From positions 1 through 64,000 of the forward strand of contig JBFXLE010000023.1 of NCBI GenBank assembly GCA_050173015.1: a stretch of 64,000 nucleotides of DNA. The letters run 5' to 3'. The notes beneath the pieces are model-generated. The model was not told the origin of the DNA and did no database searches. It saw only the letters and a list, made by a program, of their open reading frames with translations. Made by a program: the position numbers and the translations under genes. This stretch comes from Calditrichaceae bacterium (GTDB taxonomy: Bacteria; Calditrichota; Calditrichia; Calditrichales; JBFXGD01). Within the stretch, counting starts at the first letter, position 1, and every line of letters starts with the position of its first letter. This document shows positions 1 through 8,963 of this stretch, one piece after another.

Positions 1-50
1 ATCTTTAATTTCTGTTCCGGGGTGATGCGTCTAACTGATTTTCTTGCCAT
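1..50 (-). CDS. 5' end of a gene truncated by the window edge (MARKSVRRITPEQKLK...)
   Basis: Minus-strand ATG at 50 preceded by an AGGAG Shine-Dalgarno; frame is open to the window edge. Confidence 0.6.
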   Translation of the reverse strand, partial: MARKSVRRITPEQKLK

Positions 51-304
51 GATATTACTCCTTATAACAAGGTTTAAATCATAGCACTAAATCTTTTTAA
101 AATTCCAATTTTGACTGAACCAATACAATTGCACTAATACGGAGTGACTGAACAATATTTTAGATAATATTAAATCAAGTATTATTGATATAAGGGACGA
201 ACTTTTATATTTGAGCCCTAGCCTATCGCGTAAATATAGGCACAAGATTCAGATACAATGTATAGACAATATGATAAAGAACTTGATTTGAACTGCTTGG
301 TTAT

Positions 305-2905
305 CTATCGAATCTTCGTAGCATCATCAACAAGAACTGAATTGTGCAACGAATCAAACAGGTGTTGTTTGAATTTGTTTTCATCTTCGTTATTATAAAA
401 TGGAACACCAATCAATCTATATTTTTTAGACTTGGAAAAGTCTAATAATTTACCGGCAAACCTTTTAGAAATTTCCTTTAGAAAATCCTGTTTCCACTTA
501 TCATGTTCTTTTAAGTGTTTCCCCTTAGGTTCGACAAAAAGTTGATAGGTTAAAAGTTGACCGGCTTTTTCTTTAAGAAATAGAACAAAGTCAGGTTCAA
601 ATGCACGACCATCAGAAAAGTTGTATATCTTAAAATGATTCTCATTTCGTATTAGATAAATTCCGTCATAGTTTTTCCTCAGAGAATCCATCTGGCGATC
701 TAACATTCGGACAAAAGCTTTCTCTTCACTTGTCCCATAATTTGCATTAAAAACATACCAATCTTTATCACCAACAAATTGCTCATCACCGTTCGCGCGT
801 TCATTATTTGAATGGAGTTTTAAAATTTTATTTTCAAAAATCTTGCTAAGATTATATGGCTTGAATTCAGAAGTACCTTTATATTCAGTTATGTTCTGCC
901 TTATTTCTATTTCAATTTGAGATAACAACCCTGAAACAGCCCCTAATAAATGCAAATTAGATAATTTGTATAGCTCCTCACCCTCACCCTGAAATGTTAT
1001 AGAAAGGCTGTTTAAATAATCATCTGATTTAATAAACTCGTCCATGCCTTTTAGTCGCGGAAAATACTCTTTTAGATTTGAAAATTTATAAAATGTATTC
1101 CTGCTGATGGAATTTTTGATGATATGATTTGGGATGTCGCTCATCTTAACATCTTTACGTCCTGATTCTATAACGGTTGATAATTTTGATTCAGCATTAA
1201 AGAGTGTTTCTGAAATCCCGTGACCTGTCGCTATGGAATAACTAAAATTACGCTGCATTACGCCAAAATCTGCAAATGAATTAACCTGTTCATAGCGATT
1301 TTTAACACGCTCATTTATATAAATGAGACCTTTTTCATAAAACGAATCCTGCCTGAAGTTATCTTTTAGCTCTAAAGGGAACACAACCTCATCATCATCC
1401 AATAAGCCTTCATTAATTAAAGCCGTGCGTAATTCTGAAATATAGCGCGAATCATTTATGCTGTGATAATGAAGTTCTTCCAAAATACGCAATTCATGTT
1501 TCAGATTATCATCGTACTTGCGCATGAATTTGTCATTTTTTCCATCAGCTATAAAAGGGAAATAGCGTGCGCCACGACCTATTAGCTGGGCCTCGGAGAT
1601 GGTTGTCTGGCCCGGCTTGCCTCCTTTTGAATCACGGGTTTCATAACAACGCACGATATCGAATAAATTCAGAACATCCCAACCTTCATTTAGCTTTTGC
1701 ACAGCAAAGATCGCGCGGATTGGATTGTCTTTGTCTTCTAAAGAATTTATGAGTATTTGTTGCGTTTCTTTTTCCTTTTCCTCATTTACAGACAGACAGC
1801 GACTCTCATTAAACTCTGTTTTGATACGGACAACCAATTGATTAAGACTGATATTATTCTCTTTAAAATAAACAAACGCCCGCTTGACTAAAAAAATATC
1901 AGTTTTGCTGCGAAGGCTGCGCAGGGACTCGGTAGTCAATTCTGAAATCAATTTGTGAAAGTTAGCTTTGTTGACTTTAGATTGTTCTATGGTACGCTGT
2001 GCTTTAAATAAAATAACCGGCTTCAGATTTATACGGTGCCGGGCAGCCACTTCCTGTTTATACTGGTTTAACACAAGAGCCTGAATAATCCGGTCGTTTT
2101 CATCAAGGTCGGCCTGTACAATGAACACATCTTTAGAATAGCGATCATTACGAAATTCTTTTAGATCATATCGATAAATTACTTTGTTTAGATACTTATC
2201 GACAATATGGCGATGCGTATAATCAAGAGTCGCAGTAAACTCAAGTAACAAATTATCTTCGCTCTGATGAAAAATTCGTTCAACCGTATCTTCCCAACTA
2301 TTGAAGAGTTGTTTCTCGGATTTTGTTTTAGTACTCATATGATGCGCTTCATCAGCAATGAGAACAATATTCTTATCTTTAAAATCCTCATAAGTCAGTG
2401 CATTCTCTTTTTCGATGGTTAAATCGAAATGAAGCTTTTGGATTGTCGTAAAGGCTATGCTAATTTCATCGGGATGCGTTGCTTCAAAATTATCAACCTG
2501 GCTAATGTTTACAATTTTAGAATGAATATTGATTTGTGAGTTGAATAGATATTTAGCAGATATCGGGTTTTGGAAATTGTCTTTGGTTTTCTCAATTATA
2601 TTTGTGGAATTCACAAAGAACAGAAAATTCCGATACCCCTGTTCATATAAGTAAAGAATTAATCCCGCCATAATTAGAGTTTTGCCGCTGCCGGTTGCCA
2701 TATTAAACAGAAAATGTAGCGGCCAGTCTTTTCCCGGAAAATCATTATGAAAGCAATGGAAAAAACGAGCAAAGGCTTCTTCCTGATAAGGGCGCAATTC
2801 AAACTTTGGATTAAGATTGTCTTTAAGAGATACCGGTATTTCTTTTTTAAGGAATCCCATGTTGGAAACAGCATCCAGTTCTTCATATAAAATCTTATCA
2901 GCCAT
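305..2905 (-). CDS. res: Type III restriction enzyme Res subunit (SF2 helicase + PD-(D/E)xK nuclease)
   Basis: Walker A MATGSGKT, DEAH, LNEGWDV, QLIGRGAR, C-terminal FEPDF...VEPKG; overlaps the mod stop. Confidence 0.92.
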   Translation of the reverse strand: MADKILYEELDAVSNMGFLKKEIPVSLKDNLNPKFELRPYQEEAFARFFHCFHNDFPGKDWPLHFLFNMATGSGKTLIMAGLILYLYEQGYRNFLFFVNSTNIIEKTKDNFQNPISAKYLFNSQINIHSKIVNISQVDNFEATHPDEISIAFTTIQKLHFDLTIEKENALTYEDFKDKNIVLIADEAHHMSTKTKSEKQLFNSWEDTVERIFHQSEDNLLLEFTATLDYTHRHIVDKYLNKVIYRYDLKEFRNDRYSKDVFIVQADLDENDRIIQALVLNQYKQEVAARHRINLKPVILFKAQRTIEQSKVNKANFHKLISELTTESLRSLRSKTDIFLVKRAFVYFKENNISLNQLVVRIKTEFNESRCLSVNEEKEKETQQILINSLEDKDNPIRAIFAVQKLNEGWDVLNLFDIVRCYETRDSKGGKPGQTTISEAQLIGRGARYFPFIADGKNDKFMRKYDDNLKHELRILEELHYHSINDSRYISELRTALINEGLLDDDEVVFPLELKDNFRQDSFYEKGLIYINERVKNRYEQVNSFADFGVMQRNFSYSIATGHGISETLFNAESKLSTVIESGRKDVKMSDIPNHIIKNSISRNTFYKFSNLKEYFPRLKGMDEFIKSDDYLNSLSITFQGEGEELYKLSNLHLLGAVSGLLSQIEIEIRQNITEYKGTSEFKPYNLSKIFENKILKLHSNNERANGDEQFVGDKDWYVFNANYGTSEEKAFVRMLDRQMDSLRKNYDGIYLIRNENHFKIYNFSDGRAFEPDFVLFLKEKAGQLLTYQLFVEPKGKHLKEHDKWKQDFLKEISKRFAGKLLDFSKSKKYRLIGVPFYNNEDENKFKQHLFDSLHNSVLVDDATKIR

Positions 2906-4874
2906 TATAAGAATCCTTATAAAATTGGCGGTTTAGTTCTTTGTCTTCGTCAGACACATTGAATTGTTCATCGTCAATCTCTGAGAGATTAACATAAAGC
3001 TGGTTTTTATCTAGGAGCTCCATCAATAATTTTTTTTGTTTTTCAAACCCATTTTCGTTTTCACCGATTAAAGTAAAATCTTCTATCGCATCTTGTGGGA
3101 TTGCAGGGTTTACATACCAGTTAAGAAAAGAGTTTTGGGATATATTTTTCCAGATTTTAATTAGATCCTCTGAAGTTTTTGACGATTGAATATTGTCTAT
3201 AAATGCTTCGTTATACTTCATTAACTCACAATAGAGAAAACCATCTTCAAATTTTTGTTTAAATAGAGCGCTTTTATTTTCAGTATTTTTATGTTCTATT
3301 AAATTACATATTCTATTCACACATATTTCTACATGTTCGTCTAATTGTTCTACTAAAATATATTTTCTATCACCACCATCTTCTTGATTTAATTCAAGAG
3401 TAGCATGAGCAGTAGTTCCACTTCCAGCAAAGAAATCAACTATTATATCATCATTTTTTGTTGTAAGTTTGATAATATCAAGAACTGTATAAATTGATTT
3501 AGGATAGCTAAATTCAGTTTCTCCAATTATTTTTTTCAACAAATTTGTACCATGAAATTCTGATTGATATTTTTTATCAATCCAAACATTTTTTATTACT
3601 TGTTGCTCATAATATTTATGCAAGATTTGTATTTTGTTATTTTCTTTTACAGCCTTGAAGTAATCTCCTACATTTAAATAATTGAAAGAATCTTTAATAT
3701 TTTTCCAAGAAAATTCACCACTATCTGTGATAGGGAAAATTTCATAATAGTTTGCTTTGTACTCAGTCGTTATGTCCTTTAAATCTTTACTTACATATAT
3801 TGGATACCAATTTTTTGGTCTTTTTTTGCGGGACCAAACAGTTCTCGCACGTAAAAAATTTTCATATCTATATCTGCCATTTTCATCTTTCAAATTAAAT
3901 GATTCAATAACTTTGTCATCGAGAGCAACCTTGTTAAATTCTGTGGCTTCTCTATTTTTTGCATATAGAAGCATATATTCACTATTCTCCGAAAGAAACT
4001 TTGCTTGATTCCGTCCCTTTGGATTATGTAATACCGTAATAATTCCAATTCTGTTGTCAATCCCAAAAATCTCATCAGCTATTGCGCCCAGATAGAACAA
4101 TTCAGCATGATCAATCGCAATTACTATGAATCCATCTTGTGTTAATAACTCTTTTCCTGTCTCTAATCTATTCTTCATAAAAGTAAGCCATGAAGAGTGA
4201 TTAAATGTGTTATTATATGAAAAAATATTTGCATCACCGCCGGTGTTATACGGTGGATCTATATAAATTAGTTTCACCTTCTCTCGGAATTGTTTTTTTA
4301 GTGTGTGCAAAGCAATAAGATTATTTCCTTTTATAATAATATTCTCGAGAAGTGTCCCTTCTTCATTTCTTAACAGACCATCAGCTTTTTGCACACCTTC
4401 TACTGTATATCTTTTCCAGCCAGTAAGCACCTTGGGATCAAGAAGCCGGTCAATTTCATCCCGAGCTAAAAGTTGATTAAAAAATATTTCTTTGCGCTTT
4501 TCTTCTTCTTTTGTTTGTCCGCCTTCCAACACACAATCTTTATAAGGCCAAACGAGGGATACTTCTCCACGTTCTTTTAAAAATTTGCCATCGATATTTA
4601 ATCCAATTTTATTTTTAAAACGAGTATAGGAATTAGTAAGGAAATTTTTCTCCGATATGTACTCAATGAATTTGTTGATATTGAAGATCCAATGTTTCTC
4701 TATTTCATCAAAAAATGTTTCTTTGATTTTAGTATCGGATAAAAGAAGTTTTACTAAATCGTGATCAATTTTCCAAGCGTGGTCAATAACCGCGGCTTTA
4801 ATGAGCTCACCTTCATCACCCACAAATCGAGTGTCCGTTTTTAGAATTGATATTAGTTTTTCATTGAATTGCAT
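2898..4874 (-). CDS. mod: Type III RM Mod subunit, beta-class adenine DNA methyltransferase
   Basis: IYIDPPY (motif IV) precedes DFFAGSGTT (motif I); ATG at 4874 (MQFNEK) preferred to the ORF-track start 4904. Confidence 0.92.
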   Translation of the reverse strand: MQFNEKLISILKTDTRFVGDEGELIKAAVIDHAWKIDHDLVKLLLSDTKIKETFFDEIEKHWIFNINKFIEYISEKNFLTNSYTRFKNKIGLNIDGKFLKERGEVSLVWPYKDCVLEGGQTKEEEKRKEIFFNQLLARDEIDRLLDPKVLTGWKRYTVEGVQKADGLLRNEEGTLLENIIIKGNNLIALHTLKKQFREKVKLIYIDPPYNTGGDANIFSYNNTFNHSSWLTFMKNRLETGKELLTQDGFIVIAIDHAELFYLGAIADEIFGIDNRIGIITVLHNPKGRNQAKFLSENSEYMLLYAKNREATEFNKVALDDKVIESFNLKDENGRYRYENFLRARTVWSRKKRPKNWYPIYVSKDLKDITTEYKANYYEIFPITDSGEFSWKNIKDSFNYLNVGDYFKAVKENNKIQILHKYYEQQVIKNVWIDKKYQSEFHGTNLLKKIIGETEFSYPKSIYTVLDIIKLTTKNDDIIVDFFAGSGTTAHATLELNQEDGGDRKYILVEQLDEHVEICVNRICNLIEHKNTENKSALFKQKFEDGFLYCELMKYNEAFIDNIQSSKTSEDLIKIWKNISQNSFLNWYVNPAIPQDAIEDFTLIGENENGFEKQKKLLMELLDKNQLYVNLSEIDDEQFNVSDEDKELNRQFYKDSYNG

Positions 4875-5052
4875 AATTTTCAGGTTCCTTATTTGAATTA
4901 ACAAGAAGTAATATAGAGAATTAAAAGGAAAATAACCTGATAAAAACTGTATAAAGTCTCACCATTTTTAACTAATTGCTTCATTTACCCATTGACGATA
5001 ATCACCAATCCTGTTCTCTATGTTGATTGTGTGATGATCTTGTTCGTTATTC

Positions 5053-6003
5053 TTATTCCTGTAATTTCCTTATAAACAGACTCCAATAATATTCGGCTGC
5101 CCCTTGCTTTGAATAGACATCCTGATGCCGGGCATCCTGCATTTGCAGGCCCAGCGGTTTAAGTTGCAGTGTGTATCCATTATCCACAACACTAATTGAC
5201 TCATTGTAACTGTTTCTTTGTACATTCCCGGAATATGAGTAGGCAATTTCTGACGAGCTATTAGTACTCTGCGCATAATAAACTGAGCATTCTGCAACTC
5301 TTTCACCATTGTCATAGATAAAGGCAGAGAAACTGGTTTCACTCAGACGTTTAAAGCGTGTTTTAATTTGTGGGTTTCGTTCTGTGAGTTCTTGTAGGGA
5401 TCCTTCGAAATAGCGTGCCATATACTCATAACTATCTTCTAAGAACTCATCCTTTTCATGGTCATCAAATTTTCTTTTAATTCTTAGATTACTCGAACGC
5501 TCTAAATCGGGCGTATCATTTTGTAAAGTCGTACCTTTTTGATCACTATTTACTTTAGAGGCGGATCCCAATTTATTAACCGCATCCCGCACATCTTTGG
5601 CTATAATTGCAAATGCTTCCTGTAGGTTTCCAAACATTGAAACCGGTTTTCCATCTAGGGGTGTCGCCCGTAGGAAGCCGAAAGGAGACGAATGCCAATC
5701 ACATGGATGCAAAATCACAGGGATGACTACTGCTTCTTTCTTATTATGTTTTTCAAGAGCAATTTTCATTTCCTTTTCGTAACAGTAATCCGATGCAAGA
5801 AAATGGGCGCTGACCAGAAGAAGGATAACTTGCGCTGCCTCAATCTCTGCATTAATCGTTTTGTCTAAATCCCTTCCAGCAGTGACACGTCGGTCATGCC
5901 ATGAAGTGATAATTCCCTGACGTTTTAAGAGTGCCAGGTGTATTTCTAATTCATTCCTCAGTTCTTCGTCTTTATGCGAATACGAAAAAAATAGCTTGGC
6001 CAT
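5053..6003 (-). CDS. TIR-domain protein (TIR_2-like N-terminus + unknown C-terminal domain)
   Basis: LFFSYSHKD...WHDRR...LLVSAHFLASDYCYEKEM...VIPVIL is a bacterial TIR signature; AAGGA RBS. Confidence 0.88.
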   Translation of the reverse strand: MAKLFFSYSHKDEELRNELEIHLALLKRQGIITSWHDRRVTAGRDLDKTINAEIEAAQVILLLVSAHFLASDYCYEKEMKIALEKHNKKEAVVIPVILHPCDWHSSPFGFLRATPLDGKPVSMFGNLQEAFAIIAKDVRDAVNKLGSASKVNSDQKGTTLQNDTPDLERSSNLRIKRKFDDHEKDEFLEDSYEYMARYFEGSLQELTERNPQIKTRFKRLSETSFSAFIYDNGERVAECSVYYAQSTNSSSEIAYSYSGNVQRNSYNESISVVDNGYTLQLKPLGLQMQDARHQDVYSKQGAAEYYWSLFIRKLQE

Positions 6004-6022
6004 AATATTTGATCCTTTAATT

Positions 6023-6331
6023 CTACAACATTTTTTTTAGTTGTTTAAGGAAAGCGATTAAGTTTCCTCCGGTAAAGTCTGGTTTATTTAATCCCCGTTG
6101 ATTCCATAGTTCCAAAATAATTTTCTCATCTGACCGCAGTGGTCTTCTACCGCCTCCGGTGTTGCCGCATGTTGGTGTCGATAATATAAAGTTTAAGTCG
6201 CCATCATTCACAATTACCGTTACACATACCGCAATTCCATCTTCCCGGCGCCGGTTAATTTGTTGACTGATCCAGCTTTCGTTTGCTTTATCATAATCCC
6301 TCTCAATACCTCCAATCTTAACTTTGATCAT
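6023..6331 (-). CDS. Hypothetical protein, 102 aa
   Basis: ATG with AAGGGG RBS; tightly packed between the HEPN-like and TIR genes. Confidence 0.75.
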   Translation of the reverse strand: MIKVKIGGIERDYDKANESWISQQINRRREDGIAVCVTVIVNDGDLNFILSTPTCGNTGGGRRPLRSDEKIILELWNQRGLNKPDFTGGNLIAFLKQLKKML

Positions 6332-6378
6332 ATCTGAACCCCTTATTCAATGTTGTACATATTTACTAAACAAAACTA

Positions 6379-7122
6379 TTAATATGTTTCGTCCAACTGA
6401 TTAACAAGGTTTTCAACATACATTTTCATACTAGTTGCCAATCGGGCTATCTCTTTGGAATCGAATTGGATTTTAGAAGATTCTCTAATCTTTGGTTTTA
6501 AGTTGCGTGGTACCGCACTGGCAATTTGTCTTAGCATTTTTTTATCTGGATTTGATCCAGAATGTACGATGACATGACGACAAGCTTGTCCCATAATGAT
6601 GTCATTGTTGATTTCATCCCGCACAATGTCAATATTTAAAAAATCCTTGAAACTTCTATTAATACTTTGCATATCCTGGAAGCTTATATTTTTTTTAGAA
6701 ATTATAATTTCCCCAATATGATCCCGTAGATTGAAATTAAATTCCGACATCTCCATCGGTGAAAGTTTAAACTCTTCAGAAAATGCTTTTTGATTTTTTA
6801 GAACATCGATATTTGAAGTAACATAGTATTTAAACAATTCAGTAATCGTTGACCCAAAATGAGACACGAGTAAAACAACACATTGGTTAAATATTTCCTG
6901 GTACTGTGTACGCATGGAATCATGAACTCTAATATTATTAAGGTCCTTTAGTGTTCTGGTAGCAAGTAAACTCTCATTCGTAAAATTTCTCTTTAACTTA
7001 TTTTGTAAATCTTCAATGGCTTTAATTGAATAATCCAGAACTACACGATCAAAATTTGCCAGACGATCTACGGCATCAATATTTTCCCGGAAAATTTTAA
7101 GCTGTTTTTGACCTTCACTCAT
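6379..7122 (-). CDS. Putative HEPN-superfamily RNase
   Basis: Helical-looking 247-aa protein with RX4H motif RHVIVH (about 6562-6579) in its C-terminal third. Confidence 0.6.
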   Translation of the reverse strand: MSEGQKQLKIFRENIDAVDRLANFDRVVLDYSIKAIEDLQNKLKRNFTNESLLATRTLKDLNNIRVHDSMRTQYQEIFNQCVVLLVSHFGSTITELFKYYVTSNIDVLKNQKAFSEEFKLSPMEMSEFNFNLRDHIGEIIISKKNISFQDMQSINRSFKDFLNIDIVRDEINNDIIMGQACRHVIVHSGSNPDKKMLRQIASAVPRNLKPKIRESSKIQFDSKEIARLATSMKMYVENLVNQLDETY

Positions 7123-7404
7123 AAATAAATCTTATATTTAGATTGGACATCACTTTCAAATGACATATCGGTATTCATTCTCCCCGTTAAAATGCTCTAT
7201 ATTTTCGTGAATATTAATCTAGTTAAATAGTGTCATACATCAATCAAAAATACTACTATGAAAATACCCGTATAATATTTTTTATAAAACGCGATAATCT
7301 TTTTTTATTTGAAGAAAATAAATTTAATAAGGAAAATAGCTACGGTTAAATATAATCAAATTATTTATGTAATCAAGGAATTTAAAGATGTTCTTTGTTA
7401 CGTT

Positions 7405-7452
7405 GGGAATGTATGCCGGGTGACGTTGATTGGGATCAGCGCCACCATTCCC
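7405..7452. repeat. GC-rich imperfect hairpin, possibly a degenerate REP-type element
   Basis: GGGAATG...CATTCCC outer stem enclosing GTGACGTTGAT-TGGG-ATCAGCGCCAC. Confidence 0.45.
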
Positions 7453-7502
7453 GCTCTTCAATTTTTACTTCTTACTTTCTGGTATTGATTTAATACAACA
7501 TA

Positions 7503-8904
7503 CAGGAAGCCCCGTAGGGGCGATAAATTGGTTCATTTATCCAGCCAGGGTAATTACGGTGCAAGCGTCCGGCATAATGTTTCGCTCCGATGGAGCTTAA
7601 TTAATATTAGTAAGTTGTTTTTCTACAAAGATATTGCTCCTACGGAGCTCATTTTGTTTCAATTTTTAGATTGTAGATTTGGCTCACCTGTGACCAAATA
7701 TAGATTATTTCATGATGTTTTCTTCATGGTGTAAATTAATAATCGGTTTTTCATTTTTGCTGCTTTAATTCCGGCGGTCAAAGCTCCGCAGGAGCGACAT
7801 ATTTGTAGGTATAGATTTATTTCAAAATGCAGGAAGCCCTGTAGGGGCGATAAATTGGTTCCTTTATCCAGCCAGGGTAATTACGGTGTAAGCGTCTGGC
7901 ATAATGTTTCGCTCCAATGGAGCTGAATTGATACTAGTAAATTATTTTTCTACAAAGATATTGCTCCTACGGAGCTCATTTTGTTTCAATTTTTAGATTG
8001 TAGATTTGGCTCACCTGTGACCAAATATAGATTATTTCATGATGTTTTCTTCATGGTGTAAATTAATAATCGGTTTTTCATTTTTGCTGCTTTAATTCCG
8101 GCGGTCAAAGCTCCGCAGGAGCGACATATTTGTAGGTATAGATTTATTTCAAAATGCAGGAAGCCCTGTAGGGGCGATAAATTGGTTCCTTTATCCAGCC
8201 AGGGTAATTACGGTGTAAGCGTCTGGCATAATGTTTCGCTCCAATGGAGCTGAATTGATACTAGTAAATTATTTTTCTACAAAGATATTGCTCCTACGGA
8301 GCTCATTTTGTTTCAATTTTTAGATTGTAGATTTGGCTCACCTGTGACCAAATATAGATTATTTCATGATGTTTTCTTCATGGTGTAAATTAATAATCGG
8401 TTTTTCATTTTTGCTGCTTTAATTCCGGCGGTCAAAGCTCCGCAGGAGCGACATATTTGTAGGTATAGATTTATTTCAAAATGCAGGAAGCCCTGTAGGG
8501 GCGATAAATTGGTTCCTTTATCCAGCCAGGGTAATTACGGTGTAAGCGTCTGGCATAATGTTTCGCTCCAATGGAGCTGAATTGATACTAGTAAATTATT
8601 TTTCTACAAAGATATTGCTCCTACGGAGCTCATTTTGTTTCAATTTTTAGATTGTAGATTTGGCTCACCTGTGACCAAATATAGATTATTTCATGATGTT
8701 TTCTTCATGGTGTAAATTAATAATCGGTTTTTCATTTTTGCTGCTTTAATCCCGGTGGTCAAAGCTCCGCAGGAGCGATAAATTGGTTTATTAATCCATC
8801 CCGGGTTATTACAGTTTAAATGTCTGGCATAAGGTTACGCTCCGATGGAGCTTAATTAATATTAGTAAGTTGTTTTTCTACAAAGATATTGCTCCTACGG
8901 AGCT
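7503..8904. repeat. Tandem array of about 4.3 x 327-bp units made of REP-like palindromes (BIME/REPIN-like)
   Basis: CAGGAAGCCC recurs at 7503, 7830, 8157 and 8484 (period 327); four GCTCC/GCCCY-nnn-GGAGC/GGGGC palindromes per unit. Confidence 0.95.
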
Positions 8905-8934
8905 TGCTAAACAATGCTAAATATTTTTCCGCTC

Positions 8935-8963
8935 TTTACTTCTTACTTCCTACTTCTCACTTC
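8935..8963. repeat. Heptamer short tandem repeat (TACTTCY) overlapping the dipeptidase stop
   Basis: tttacttcttacttcctacttctcacttc; the same motif occurs at 7464-7477 and around 63441-63678. Confidence 0.7.

Noticed and set aside
2898-4904. Phase-variable mod (phasevarion)
   Set aside because: No simple-sequence repeat tract at the 5' end of mod; only short homopolymers expected in AT-rich DNA
5053-6003. Thoeris or CBASS assignment for the TIR gene
   Set aside because: No SIR2/Macro-SLOG ThsA or CD-NTase is visible in the window
7528-7734. 68-aa ORF inside the repeat unit
   Set aside because: TTG start without a clear RBS; the equivalent frame has an in-frame TGA (AGC TGA) in copies 2-4
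7503-8904. CRISPR array
   Set aside because: The intervening sequences repeat identically with a 327-bp period rather than being unique spacers, the palindromes alternate in orientation, and no cas genes are present
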